DNA of 64,000 bases from a bacterium (GTDB taxonomy: Bacteria > Patescibacteriota > Minisyncoccia > Phycocordibacterales > UBA9973): contig JAKBMK010000025.1 of NCBI GenBank assembly GCA_021831595.1, forward strand, positions 63,114 through 127,113, in the 5' to 3' direction. The translations under genes were made by a program, and so were the position numbers. The notes below the pieces were generated by a model. The model made no database searches. It was not told the origin of the DNA and saw only the letters and a program-made list of their open reading frames with translations. Of the stretch, positions 31,306-41,244 are shown one piece after another. The number at the start of each line of letters is the position of its first letter. The stretch's first letter is position 1.

Positions 31306-32040
31306 ATGCATCAACACGAACCCAATGATTGGAAAAAATATGTGATCGTATTGTTTATAACAGCAACTCTTTTTGCTATAGGAATTTGGACTTCTAGTTA
31401 TTTTACTAATAAAAAAATGACAGAACTTAAATCAATTGAAGATAAAATATCTCTAGACCTAATGTCTTCAGAAACTCAATTTTCTTTGCTTCAAGAATTA
31501 TCATGTAAAGATATCTCAAATACGGTATTGTCTTCAGAGCTCAATTCTCTTGCAGAAAAGATTTCTTATAGTGAAGGCAATCTAGGAAATGACAATAGTA
31601 ATGTTGTAAGCCTCAAGAGATATTATTCTCTTCTAGAAATTAAAGATTATCTCTTAATGAAAAAAATAACTGAGAGATGTGGAGAAAAATCAATATTCGT
31701 CCTTTACTTCTATAAAAATGAGAAGTGTGATGATTGTACCAAGCAGGGATATGTCTTAACCTCTCTTCGTGAAAAATATCCAAACCTAAGAGTTTATTCC
31801 TTTGATTATAATCTAGATCTTTCGGCTATACGGGCTATGACTTCTATATATAAAGTTCCAGATGATTTACCAGCTATTGTTATAAACGGAAAGGTTCATA
31901 GTGGTTTCCAAAGTATTGAAGATATAGAAAAAACGTTTCCTGAGCTTGAAGCAATGAGAAAAGAAGAAGAGGCTGCTGCTAAAAAGGCTGCTACAACTAA
32001 GACAAAGACCTCTACTCCAGTAGGTACGACAAATAATTAA
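31306..32040 (+). CDS. membrane-anchored hypothetical protein with a thioredoxin-like CxxC domain
   Basis: N-terminal TM helix, LYFY...CDDC, LPAIVING. Confidence 0.6.
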   Translation: MHQHEPNDWKKYVIVLFITATLFAIGIWTSSYFTNKKMTELKSIEDKISLDLMSSETQFSLLQELSCKDISNTVLSSELNSLAEKISYSEGNLGNDNSNVVSLKRYYSLLEIKDYLLMKKITERCGEKSIFVLYFYKNEKCDDCTKQGYVLTSLREKYPNLRVYSFDYNLDLSAIRAMTSIYKVPDDLPAIVINGKVHSGFQSIEDIEKTFPELEAMRKEEEAAAKKAATTKTKTSTPVGTTNN

Positions 32041-32090
32041 TTGAGGACAGACTTGGCCCGACGGCCTCCATCTTTCAAGTCTGAGTGCCC

Positions 32091-32130
32091 ATAAAACAAT
32101 ACCACCCTGTATAGGGTGGTATTGTTTTAT
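32091..32130. terminator. bidirectional terminator
   Basis: ATAAAACAATACCACCCT...AGGGTGGTATTGTTTTAT between the convergent CDS and tRNA. Confidence 0.75.
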
Positions 32131-32205
32131 GGAGCCGCTTCTCAGACTTGAACTGAGGACCTTCGCTTTACAAAAGCGTTGCTCTACCAACTGAGCTAAA
32201 GCGGC
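32130..32205 (-). tRNA. tRNA-Thr(TGT)
   Basis: GCCGCTTTAGCTCAGTTGGTAGAGC...TTTGTAA loop...TTCAAGT...GCGGCTCCA; CCA encoded. Confidence 0.95.
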
Positions 32206-32265
32206 GTATGCTTTTTGTTTACCAAACAGCCAAAGCGGCGTGTTTATAATGCTATACTAGCATTT

Positions 32266-32739
32266 TTAAACGATTTTATCAACTTCTTCTTGTTTGATCT
32301 CGCTCTCTGCATTTTCTGTCATTTGTGCTTCTATTTTCTCTTCATGTTCTTGCTTTATTTTCTCTTTAACCTTTTTTATCTTTATTTTTGATTCCATTAC
32401 AGCTCTTTCCACAAAAGATATTTTTCTTGGGTCAGTTACATTATTTTCCTTTTTACTAAAGAGTTTATTTAACTTAGGTAATTTGTTCTGTATTAACGTT
32501 TTCAATTTTGTGATTGTTGTGAACCATAATTTCACAACAGACAAAACTATCCATTGCACGATATGCTTTGTAGTATAGAGAATTATTTTCTCTACATATC
32601 TGAAGGATAGTTTTGGTGTGAAAGCTTTAACTTCTTCTTTTACTACTAGTCTATTGGTTCTTATCTCCCAAGCACGATACATTAGCATGCCAAAGGCTGC
32701 TATTATTGTTACTAGAAAGATAATAATAGATATAGTCAT
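32266..32739 (-). CDS. hypothetical membrane protein
   Basis: 157-aa ORF with N-terminal TM helix, directly after tsf. Confidence 0.65.
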   Translation of the reverse strand: MTISIIIFLVTIIAAFGMLMYRAWEIRTNRLVVKEEVKAFTPKLSFRYVEKIILYTTKHIVQWIVLSVVKLWFTTITKLKTLIQNKLPKLNKLFSKKENNVTDPRKISFVERAVMESKIKIKKVKEKIKQEHEEKIEAQMTENAESEIKQEEVDKIV

Positions 32740-32742
32740 AAT

Positions 32743-33525
32743 TTAGCGAATTGATTCTGAAACAGAACTTACAAAAGTAGCCCCTTTTTCTTTCAATAGA
32801 TTTCCTACTGTAACATCAGGGTTCTTAATAAAAGCTTGATCCATAAGAGTTTGTTCTTTGAAGTATGTAGAAATCTTACCGTCTAGCATTTTCTTTTTAA
32901 TCTCTTCTGGCTTGTCTGACTCTGCTACCTCTTTCTCGAAAACTTCAACAACTTTAGATTTGTCATCTTCTGTAATATCATCTGCTTTTATGAAAGCAGG
33001 CTTCATAGCTGCTATATGCATTGCTATGTCCTTTGCGAGTTCCGATGTTCCTCCTTTGAGAGACACTATAACAGCACTTTTACTACCATGAACATAACTT
33101 CCCAAAACTTCTCCTTCAACTATTTCAACTTTTCCTAATTCAATCTTCTCACCAACTTTTTGAACTATAGGATTTATCATGTCGAGAGATTTTGCTTTCA
33201 TGGCCTCTACTCCTTCTTTCACAGCCAAATCTGCTAGTCCATTTGCTAACGTTACGAAATCTTCATTTCTTGCTACGAAGTCAGTTTCTGAATGTAGAGT
33301 TACGAGCAAGCATTTACCTGCCATTTCTCTGACGACAATTATTCCGTCCTGGGCATTTCTGTCGGCTTTTTTCATAGCGATACTACTTGATTTCTTTTTC
33401 AATATAACAAGAGCCTTTTCCATGTCTCCATCGGCTTCTTCTAATGCATTTTTACATTGCATTACAGATACTCCTGTACCATCTCTTAACTCTTTAACTA
33501 ATTCTGCAGTTATTTTAATAGACAT
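32743..33525 (-). CDS. tsf: elongation factor Ts
   Basis: VKELRDGTG..MQCKNAL, SETDFVARN, IAMHIAA. Confidence 0.97.
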   Translation of the reverse strand: MSIKITAELVKELRDGTGVSVMQCKNALEEADGDMEKALVILKKKSSSIAMKKADRNAQDGIIVVREMAGKCLLVTLHSETDFVARNEDFVTLANGLADLAVKEGVEAMKAKSLDMINPIVQKVGEKIELGKVEIVEGEVLGSYVHGSKSAVIVSLKGGTSELAKDIAMHIAAMKPAFIKADDITEDDKSKVVEVFEKEVAESDKPEEIKKKMLDGKISTYFKEQTLMDQAFIKNPDVTVGNLLKEKGATFVSSVSESIR

Positions 33526-33580
33526 AATTTACTATAGATTGGCCAATTGGCCTTAATTAATAAATAATTCAAAACTACTT

Positions 33581-34279
33581 TTATTTCTTTTCGCCCACGA
33601 TGCCTTTGTTGTAAGCACTTTTTATCTGAGAAAGGAAGAAGCTGATACTAGATACAGATGCATCGTTAGCAACAATAGGGAAGTCTGCTTTTTTCATATT
33701 GCAGTCTGTATTCATAAGGGCGATAACTGGTAAGTTCATCTTGTGAGCTTCTGTAACAGCGATATGTTCTTTCTTTGGATCAACAACGAAAATAGCATCA
33801 GGAGTACGAGTAATACCAGTAAGACCCTGGAAGTTCTTTGTCATGTCATTCATTTCACGGTCTATTAATAATTTTTCTTTCTTAGTATATTTATCAAGAC
33901 CTCCTTTTTCTTTTTGTTCACGTAATTCAAGAAGTTTAACAATGCGCTTCTTTATTTCAGGGAAGTTTGTAAGAGATCCTCCAACCCAACGCTCAGAAAC
34001 ATAAGGCATGTTTAGGGCCAAGGCGGTTTCAATTATTTGTTGTTTAGCTTCAGCTTTTGTTCCTACGAAAAGAATAATCTTTCCGGCAGCGGCAAGAGAA
34101 GTAACTTTCTCCATAGCTTTTTCAAAAAGCATGTGAGTTTTTTCTGTATTTATAATATCTACGCCATTCTTTGTCGCAAAGATATAAGGAGTAGTAGATG
34201 GGTGACGGCGACTTTTTGAGTACCCGTAATGAGTACCATTAGCAAACATTTCTTCTATAACACTGTTTTGTATATTCAT
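33581..34279 (-). CDS. rpsB: 30S ribosomal protein S2
   Basis: GTHYG, ILFVGTK, ERWVGGSLTNF, PIVANDAS. Confidence 0.96.
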   Translation of the reverse strand: MNIQNSVIEEMFANGTHYGYSKSRRHPSTTPYIFATKNGVDIINTEKTHMLFEKAMEKVTSLAAAGKIILFVGTKAEAKQQIIETALALNMPYVSERWVGGSLTNFPEIKKRIVKLLELREQKEKGGLDKYTKKEKLLIDREMNDMTKNFQGLTGITRTPDAIFVVDPKKEHIAVTEAHKMNLPVIALMNTDCNMKKADFPIVANDASVSSISFFLSQIKSAYNKGIVGEKK

Positions 34280-34485
34280 ACTATATTTTGTCTTTGATTT
34301 CGTCTCAGACTTTATGATTAATTATAATACTATCCGTTTTTAAGCATTCCAGCTTGCCCCGCTTTTTAGCGCGACTCACGACTACCATAGTAGGGTGAAT
34401 TTACAAGGGTCTTTTGAGTCTTTTAAACAAAAAAGCTCCTCACGGAAAGTACTCGTATAATACCAGAAAAACCATTATTTTGCAA
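34280..34485 (-). promoter_or_regulatory. rpsB promoter and structured 5' leader
   Basis: TTGCAA-17-TATTAT; leader pairings TACTTTCCGT/ACGGATAGTA and GACTCA/TGAGTC. Confidence 0.5.
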
Positions 34486-34542
34486 CCTGTAAGAATCACC
34501 TTATTTTTTGACCTTATGCTTATTTTAGAGTAGTATGTGGGT

Positions 34543-35805
34543 ATGAAGCAATCAAAACTATTTACTAAAACAAAGAAAGAAAGTCCAGCAGATGAAGTCT
34601 CTCTGAACGCTGAACTTCTTATAAGAGCTGGATTTATAAGTAAGGAAATGGCCGGGGTGTACTCGTATCTGCCACTTGGTCTACGAGTAGTAAAGAAGAT
34701 AGAAAATATTATAAGAGAAGAGATGGACAATATTGGTGGTACAGAAATGAGAACCAGTGTTTTCCAAACCAAGGAAGTTTGGGAGAAATCAAACAGATGG
34801 GACGATGAGGTTGTAGATGTCTGGTTTAAAACGAAATTAAAAAATGGCGGAGAGATTGGTCTGTCTTTTACTAACGAAGAAGCTTACTCAGATATTCTAA
34901 AGCAATACATAAATTCCTACAAAGACCTTCCTGTCTATCCTTATGATTTTAAAAGTATTTTTAGAAATGAAACGAGAAGTAAGTCTGGAATTTTGAGAGG
35001 TAGAGAGTTCTACTGGAAAGCTTTATATTCTTTTTCAAGAGATGAATCAGAACATAATGAGTTTTATGAAAAAGCAAAACAAGCATATAAAAATATCTTT
35101 CAAAAGGTGGGTATTGGGCATTTAACTTATATGACCTTTGCTTCTGGTGGAAGTTTCTCGAAATTTTCCCATGAATTCCAAACTATTACAGGGGCGGGGG
35201 AAGACCTTATTTATGTTGATCCAAATAAAGGCATTGCTATAAACAAAGAGGTTTATAATGATGAGGTTATAGAAAGTTTGGGGCTTAAAAAGGAAGATTT
35301 GGTTGAGAATAAAGCCGTCGAAGTAGGAAATATCTTTTCATTAGGTACAAAATTCTCAGCGCCGTTTGATTTGAAGTATAAAGATGAAAATGGGGAGGAG
35401 AAATTAGTCATAATGGGTAGCTATGGTATAGGTTTGGGTAGATTGATGGGTACTGTAGTAGAAGTATTATCTGACGATAAAGGTATAATCTGGCCAGAAA
35501 GTATTGCCCCATTTAAAGTTCATCTGTTAGTACTAGGAAGCGATGAAAATATTAAAAATAGTGCAGAGGATCTCTATAACAATCTGAAAGAAAAAGGGAT
35601 AGAAGTACTGTTTGATGATCGGGCTGACCTAAGTGCAGGGGAGAAATTTGCTGATTCTGATCTTATTGGTATACCTTATAGAGTTGTTGTTTCGAAGAGA
35701 AGTTTGGCAGATGGTGGTTTTGAAATGAAAAAAAGAACAGAACAGAATGGAAAAATTATTACAAAAGAAAAATTAATAGATGTTCTATTGGAAACTAATC
35801 GTTAG
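34543..35805 (+). CDS. proS: prolyl-tRNA synthetase (no INS editing domain)
   Basis: LLIRAGFI, GVYSYLPLG, FRNETR..GILRGREF, EVGNIF.LGTKFS, GSYGIG. Confidence 0.93.
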   Translation: MKQSKLFTKTKKESPADEVSLNAELLIRAGFISKEMAGVYSYLPLGLRVVKKIENIIREEMDNIGGTEMRTSVFQTKEVWEKSNRWDDEVVDVWFKTKLKNGGEIGLSFTNEEAYSDILKQYINSYKDLPVYPYDFKSIFRNETRSKSGILRGREFYWKALYSFSRDESEHNEFYEKAKQAYKNIFQKVGIGHLTYMTFASGGSFSKFSHEFQTITGAGEDLIYVDPNKGIAINKEVYNDEVIESLGLKKEDLVENKAVEVGNIFSLGTKFSAPFDLKYKDENGEEKLVIMGSYGIGLGRLMGTVVEVLSDDKGIIWPESIAPFKVHLLVLGSDENIKNSAEDLYNNLKEKGIEVLFDDRADLSAGEKFADSDLIGIPYRVVVSKRSLADGGFEMKKRTEQNGKIITKEKLIDVLLETNR

Positions 35806-35825
35806 AACCTAATCACCAACTCAAG

Positions 35826-36872
35826 ATGTTTAAAAAATTCTACCAAATGTTTTCTAATGATATCGGTATCGATCTAGGCACAGCCAACACGCTGGTATAT
35901 TTGAAGGGTCACGGTATTGTTATAAACGAGCCCTCAGTGGTAGTGGTAAATCAAAAGACAGGTCAGATTATTGCTGTTGGAGCAGAAGCTAAACAAATGC
36001 TTGGACGTACGCCAGGGCATGTCCGTGCAGTTCGTCCAATTGTAGACGGAGTTATCTCGGACTTTGAAGTTACAGAAGAAATGCTTGCTTATCTAATAAA
36101 TAAAGCAGAAAAAATTTCGAAAAAGTTTATTCGACCTCGTGTTGTCGTAGGGGTGCCTACTGGAATTACAAATGTCGAGATTCGTGCTGTCGAAGATGCT
36201 GCCCGTTCAGCTGGAGCTCGCGAAGTTTATATTATCGAGGAACCAATGTCTGCGGCAATTGGTATTCGTCTCCCTGTGAATGATGCTGTCGGTTCTGTGA
36301 TTGTAGACATAGGGGGAGGAACGACAGACGTAGCAGTCATTTCTCTTTCAGGTGTTGTAAGATCAAAAAATTTAAAGATTGCTGGAGATCTACTAAATAC
36401 AGATATTATTAATTATATGAAGGATGAGTTTAAATTACTTATCGGAGAGAGAACAGCTGAAAATGTAAAAATAGCGATAGGAAGTGTTGCTGAAGGGGAA
36501 TCTATGGAGGCTGAGGTAAGGGGCCGAGACTTAGTCACAGGTCTTCCTCGTCAGGTTATAGTAACTGATTCAGATATAAGAGAAGCTATTCTACCTTCAA
36601 TTTTAAGCCTGGTGGATGGCGTCAAAGAGGTTCTAGAAACTACACCACCAGAACTTCTCTCTGATATTATGCATAGAGGTTTAGTTCTATCAGGTGGAGG
36701 AGCGATGATAAGGGGTCTCGATGTTTTATTGAAAAATACCTTGAAAATCCCTATTTATATAGCCGAAGATCCTCTAACGGCTGTTGCTAGAGGTACTGGA
36801 GTTCTACTCGATGATTTTGATACTTATAAAGAAGTTTTATTAAATACAGATGATTCATCAGTTCCGAGATAA
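35826..36872 (+). CDS. mreB: rod shape-determining protein MreB
   Basis: IDLGTANT, VDIGGGTTD, LSGGGA. Confidence 0.96.
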   Translation: MFKKFYQMFSNDIGIDLGTANTLVYLKGHGIVINEPSVVVVNQKTGQIIAVGAEAKQMLGRTPGHVRAVRPIVDGVISDFEVTEEMLAYLINKAEKISKKFIRPRVVVGVPTGITNVEIRAVEDAARSAGAREVYIIEEPMSAAIGIRLPVNDAVGSVIVDIGGGTTDVAVISLSGVVRSKNLKIAGDLLNTDIINYMKDEFKLLIGERTAENVKIAIGSVAEGESMEAEVRGRDLVTGLPRQVIVTDSDIREAILPSILSLVDGVKEVLETTPPELLSDIMHRGLVLSGGGAMIRGLDVLLKNTLKIPIYIAEDPLTAVARGTGVLLDDFDTYKEVLLNTDDSSVPR

Positions 36873-37647
36873 AAACCAAATAGCTAAAAGAAAAAGATTA
36901 ATAAAAAATATTATTTTATTAATGACTTTTTTGTTGCTTGCTCTGTTGGGGGTATATACATATTTTAGTGGAGCAATTCATTTTTTGGGTAGACCTTTTT
37001 GGAAAGCTAAAACCACTGTTGTAAATAATATAGGAGCTATTGGATATGTCGTTCGCACCAAGACTTCTGTCTATAAAGAAAACGAAAATCTTTTGAAGGA
37101 GAATACTGATCTTAAAACTTCCATGATAGATTATCAAGTTCTCAAGAATGAAAATATAGCACTCAAAGAATCCTTGGGGCGAATACAACCGAATACTGAT
37201 ATGATCCTATCAAATATTTTGACGAAGCCTGCTTATTCACCATACGATACAATTATTATTGATGTTGGTAAGGATAATAATATAGTAGTCGGAGATCAAG
37301 TTTATAGTAATGTTATTACTCCTATTGGAGAAGTAAGTGCTGTCTATGACAATACTTCTTTGGTTGTTTTGTATTCAAACCCAGGGAAAACGACGGAAGC
37401 CATAATTAGCAATAATAATACAAGCGTAGAACTTGTGGGCCGTGGGGGTGGAAACTTTGAGATGACTATTCCTATAGACTTACCTTTTGAAAAAGGAGCT
37501 CTTGTTTTGTTGCCAAATCTACAATCTGAAGTTGTTGCAATAATGCAAGATGTTATTTCTTCACCGAATGATCCTGTAAAGAAGGTCCTTCTAAGTTCAC
37601 CTATAAATGTACAAAGTCTCAAATGGGTTTTTGTTAAAAGGAATTAA
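36850..37647 (+). CDS. mreC: rod shape-determining protein MreC
   Basis: TM helix, coiled coil (ENENLLKEN) and beta domain; overlaps mreB. Confidence 0.85.
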   Translation: MIHQFRDKNQIAKRKRLIKNIILLMTFLLLALLGVYTYFSGAIHFLGRPFWKAKTTVVNNIGAIGYVVRTKTSVYKENENLLKENTDLKTSMIDYQVLKNENIALKESLGRIQPNTDMILSNILTKPAYSPYDTIIIDVGKDNNIVVGDQVYSNVITPIGEVSAVYDNTSLVVLYSNPGKTTEAIISNNNTSVELVGRGGGNFEMTIPIDLPFEKGALVLLPNLQSEVVAIMQDVISSPNDPVKKVLLSSPINVQSLKWVFVKRN

Positions 37648-38868
37648 ATGAAGAAAGCAATTGATTTTAAAATTGAAAAGAAATTAGAAGGGTATTTGGG
37701 TAGAGCTGGAATTCTAAAGACATCACACGGAGAAATACTTACTCCGTCTTTTGTTGTTGTGGGAACTAAAGGGACAGTTAAGTCGCTTACTCCAGAGCAA
37801 TTAAAAGATCTCGGTACTCCTGTTGTGCTTGCAAATACTTATCATCTTTATTTGCAACCTGGTGATGAACTTGTACGTGACGCTGGAGGACTTCACAAAT
37901 TCATGAATTGGGATGGGCCTATGATGACTGACTCTGGAGGATTCCAAGTTTTCTCTTTAGGAGTGGCTTATGGGAAGGAACTTTCAAAAGTGGTTTCTGT
38001 GACAGATCCGAGCCTACTTATACCTGAGAGATCAACAGTAGAAGATGGGGTGCCTAGGCTTGCAACAATCGGAAATGATGGAGTGTCCTTCCGTTCTCAT
38101 ATAGATGGGTCTCTCCATTATATAACCCCAGAAAAATCTATAGAAATACAACACAACCTGGGAGCTGATATAATTTTTGCTTTTGATGAATGTACTTCTC
38201 CTACTGAGAACGATAGATATCAAGAAGAAGCACTTTCACGTACGCACGCTTGGGCCAAGAGAAGCTTGATTAAGCATAAAGAATTGGAAGAAAATAAAAC
38301 AGAATTTCCTCAAGCTCTATTTGGTATTGTTCAAGGTGGACGCAAAGAAGAACTTCGAAGAAAGTCAGCACAAGTGATAGGAGCAATGGATTTTGATGGG
38401 TTTGGTATTGGCGGTTCTTTTGCTAAGGAGGACATGTCGAGTGCTGTGAAGTGGGTAAACGAAGAGCTCCCAGAAGGAAAGCCCCGACATTTGCTTGGTA
38501 TTGGTGAGCCAGAAGATTTATTCTCTGGAGTAGAAAACGGTGTAGATCTTTTTGATTGTGTAGGTCCTACTCGCATTGCCCGCAATGGAACACTTTTTAC
38601 AAAGAGTGGTAAAATAAATATATTAAATGCAAAATTTGTAAATGATTTTAATAATATAGAAAAAGATTGTGGTTGCTATACATGCAAGAATTACACAAAA
38701 GCATATCTCTCACATTTATTCAGAGCCAAGGAGATGCTCGGAGCAACTCTCTCTTCTATTCACAATGTTTATTTTATAACTGAGCTTGTAAAGAAAATGC
38801 GTCAGGCTATAATAGATGGTACTTTTGAAGAATATAAAAAAGAATTTTTCCATGAATACAAAAAATAA
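37648..38868 (+). CDS. tgt: tRNA-guanine transglycosylase
   Basis: ANTYHL, TDSGGFQVFSL, GIVQGG, DLFDCV, CGCYTC Zn site. Confidence 0.95.
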   Translation: MKKAIDFKIEKKLEGYLGRAGILKTSHGEILTPSFVVVGTKGTVKSLTPEQLKDLGTPVVLANTYHLYLQPGDELVRDAGGLHKFMNWDGPMMTDSGGFQVFSLGVAYGKELSKVVSVTDPSLLIPERSTVEDGVPRLATIGNDGVSFRSHIDGSLHYITPEKSIEIQHNLGADIIFAFDECTSPTENDRYQEEALSRTHAWAKRSLIKHKELEENKTEFPQALFGIVQGGRKEELRRKSAQVIGAMDFDGFGIGGSFAKEDMSSAVKWVNEELPEGKPRHLLGIGEPEDLFSGVENGVDLFDCVGPTRIARNGTLFTKSGKINILNAKFVNDFNNIEKDCGCYTCKNYTKAYLSHLFRAKEMLGATLSSIHNVYFITELVKKMRQAIIDGTFEEYKKEFFHEYKK

Positions 38869-40969
38869 AGTATTTAAATTAAAGAGCAATTATAAGCCTG
38901 GTGGTGATCAACCAAAGGCAATTTCACAGTTGATAGAAGGGCTTGGGAAGGGGATGAAGAAACAAACCCTTCTAGGTGCAACTGGTACTGGGAAAACTTT
39001 TACTATTGCCAATGTCATAGCAGAGTGGGATAGACCAACTCTTGTTATTGCTCATAACAAAACTCTCGCTGCTCAACTTGCTCAAGAATTTCGTGAATTT
39101 TTTCCTGATGCGGCTGTTCACTACTTTGTTTCTTATTATGATTACTACCAACCAGAAGCGTATATGCCTGTGACAGATACATATATAGAAAAAGATGCAC
39201 AAATAAACAAAGAAATAGATAGACTTCGTCATGCGACGACACAATCTCTTTTAACTCGCCCTGATGTGATTATTGTGGCTTCTGTATCTTGTATATATGG
39301 ACTTGGAAGTCCAGAGGAATATGAAAAAGTGAATTTGAAATTAGAAATTGGGTCTAAAATCGAAAGGACTGATCTAATGAGAAAATTACTCGAGATTCAT
39401 TTTGAAAGAACTAATTCAGATCTAAATCCTGGAACCTTTCGGTCTATTGGAGATAGAGTTGAAGTCATGCCAATATCTGAGACTTTTGTCTATCAAATAG
39501 AATTTGAGAAAGGTAAAATATCTAAAATTTTAAAAGTAGATCCTGTGTCAGCTCATGTTTTGAAAGAAGAGAATAGCATTTTTCTTTTTCCATCAAAACA
39601 TTTTATTACAGACGAAGAGAATGTTAAAAGAGCTTTGAAAAATATTAAGTTAGAACTTGCAGGGCAGTTAAAGAAGTTTGAAAAGGAAGGCAAGCTGCTA
39701 GAAGCAGAGAGAATAAAAAGGCGAACGAATTATGACTTGGCAATGATTAAAGAAGTTGGGTATTGTAATGGGATAGAAAATTATTCTAGACAGTTTTCGG
39801 GAAAGAAAGAAGGAGAGGCCCCAGATACTCTATTGTCTTATTTTAAAGAAGATTTTCTTACTATTATCGATGAATCTCATGTGACACTACCACAGCTAGG
39901 CGGAATGTACGCCGGAGATGCTTCAAGAAAAAATACTTTGGTAGAATTTGGTTTTCGTCTTCCTTCTGCGAAGGATAATCGTCCTCTAAAATATAATGAA
40001 TTTGAAGAGAGGATTGGGGATGTTATTTATGTTTCTGCCACACCAAGCGAATTAGAAAGAAGTACTAGCGATCAGATAGTCGAGCAAATAATTCGTCCGA
40101 CTGGATTGATAGACCCAGAGATTTTAGTTAAGCCAGTATCTGTACAGAATACGTATCCTGGTCAGATTGAAGATTTTATAAAAGAAGCGGATAGAGTTAT
40201 CAAGAAAGGTTTCCGTGCTATTGCGACAACTCTGACAAAGAAAATGGCCGAAGATTTAACTTTATTCCTAAAAGAGAAAGGATATAAGGCCGAATATCTT
40301 CATAGTGATATCAAAACAATTGAAAGAATTCAGATACTAACTGCCTTTCGAAAAGGAGACTTTGATATTCTAATTGGAGTTAATTTGCTTCGAGAGGGTC
40401 TTGATCTCCCCGAGCTTGCATTGATCGGAATTCTTGATGCAGACAAGGAAGGATTCTTGCGTTCTACTACATCTCTTATTCAGATTATAGGACGTGCAGC
40501 TCGTAACGTAGAAGGACGAGTTGTTTTGTATGCTGATAATATTACAGGGTCTCTTGAAAGCGCTATAAATGAAACAACAAGAAGAAGAGATATACAGATA
40601 GCTTATAACAAGAAACATGGTATTACTCCAGCTACTATAATTAAAAAGATTAAAGATATCACAGAGGAACTTGAAAACAAACATGAAAAAGCTGTAAATG
40701 CTGAACTTGATTTAGATGTGGAATTATTCAAGAAGGTGTTTAGTAAGAGCAAGAGTAATCGTGGAAAAGGGGAGAGAGAGTCTATCAAGAATCTACTTCT
40801 TTCAGACGAAGATAGAAATAAAAATGTTTATGAGAAAATAATTAAAATAAAAGAAAAGGAAATGAATAAGGCGGTCAAAGAGTTGGACTTCGAATCAGCT
40901 GCTATCATCCGAGATGAAATTATTGTATTAAAAAACAAAATGGATAATATGAATAAAGATAAAAAATAA
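38852..40969 (+). CDS. uvrB: excinuclease ABC subunit B
   Basis: GATGTGKT, YYDYYQPEAY, DESHVT, QIIGRAARN. Confidence 0.97.
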   Translation: MNTKNKVFKLKSNYKPGGDQPKAISQLIEGLGKGMKKQTLLGATGTGKTFTIANVIAEWDRPTLVIAHNKTLAAQLAQEFREFFPDAAVHYFVSYYDYYQPEAYMPVTDTYIEKDAQINKEIDRLRHATTQSLLTRPDVIIVASVSCIYGLGSPEEYEKVNLKLEIGSKIERTDLMRKLLEIHFERTNSDLNPGTFRSIGDRVEVMPISETFVYQIEFEKGKISKILKVDPVSAHVLKEENSIFLFPSKHFITDEENVKRALKNIKLELAGQLKKFEKEGKLLEAERIKRRTNYDLAMIKEVGYCNGIENYSRQFSGKKEGEAPDTLLSYFKEDFLTIIDESHVTLPQLGGMYAGDASRKNTLVEFGFRLPSAKDNRPLKYNEFEERIGDVIYVSATPSELERSTSDQIVEQIIRPTGLIDPEILVKPVSVQNTYPGQIEDFIKEADRVIKKGFRAIATTLTKKMAEDLTLFLKEKGYKAEYLHSDIKTIERIQILTAFRKGDFDILIGVNLLREGLDLPELALIGILDADKEGFLRSTTSLIQIIGRAARNVEGRVVLYADNITGSLESAINETTRRRDIQIAYNKKHGITPATIIKKIKDITEELENKHEKAVNAELDLDVELFKKVFSKSKSNRGKGERESIKNLLLSDEDRNKNVYEKIIKIKEKEMNKAVKELDFESAAIIRDEIIVLKNKMDNMNKDKK

Positions 40970-41126
40970 AAAAAGCCCAGCGCGAAGCATAGGCCTTTTC
41001 GTGAGTGATAGAAACTAAGAAAGGATTAGAAAATTAATCTCTATCTATTTTGAGAAAAACCGTACAGAACGGAATTGAGGCACCAGGCTGCCAACTAACC
41101 AGTTTGGACCTTGTCTCAATTAATTC
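40968..41126 (-). ncRNA. candidate ~155-nt structured small RNA
   Basis: TTGACA-17-TAATAT promoter (41133-41161), three hairpins with G-U pairs favouring the minus strand, terminator with U tract. Confidence 0.45.
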
Positions 41127-41244
41127 GTTGTTATATTAGCTTAAATTATCATATTTGTCAAATGTGCCGTTTAGTGTTAGAATTAAGACAGTTAAATATA
41201 GATATACACCCCCTATGGCAAATGGGAGGTGTGAAATTTGTTAT

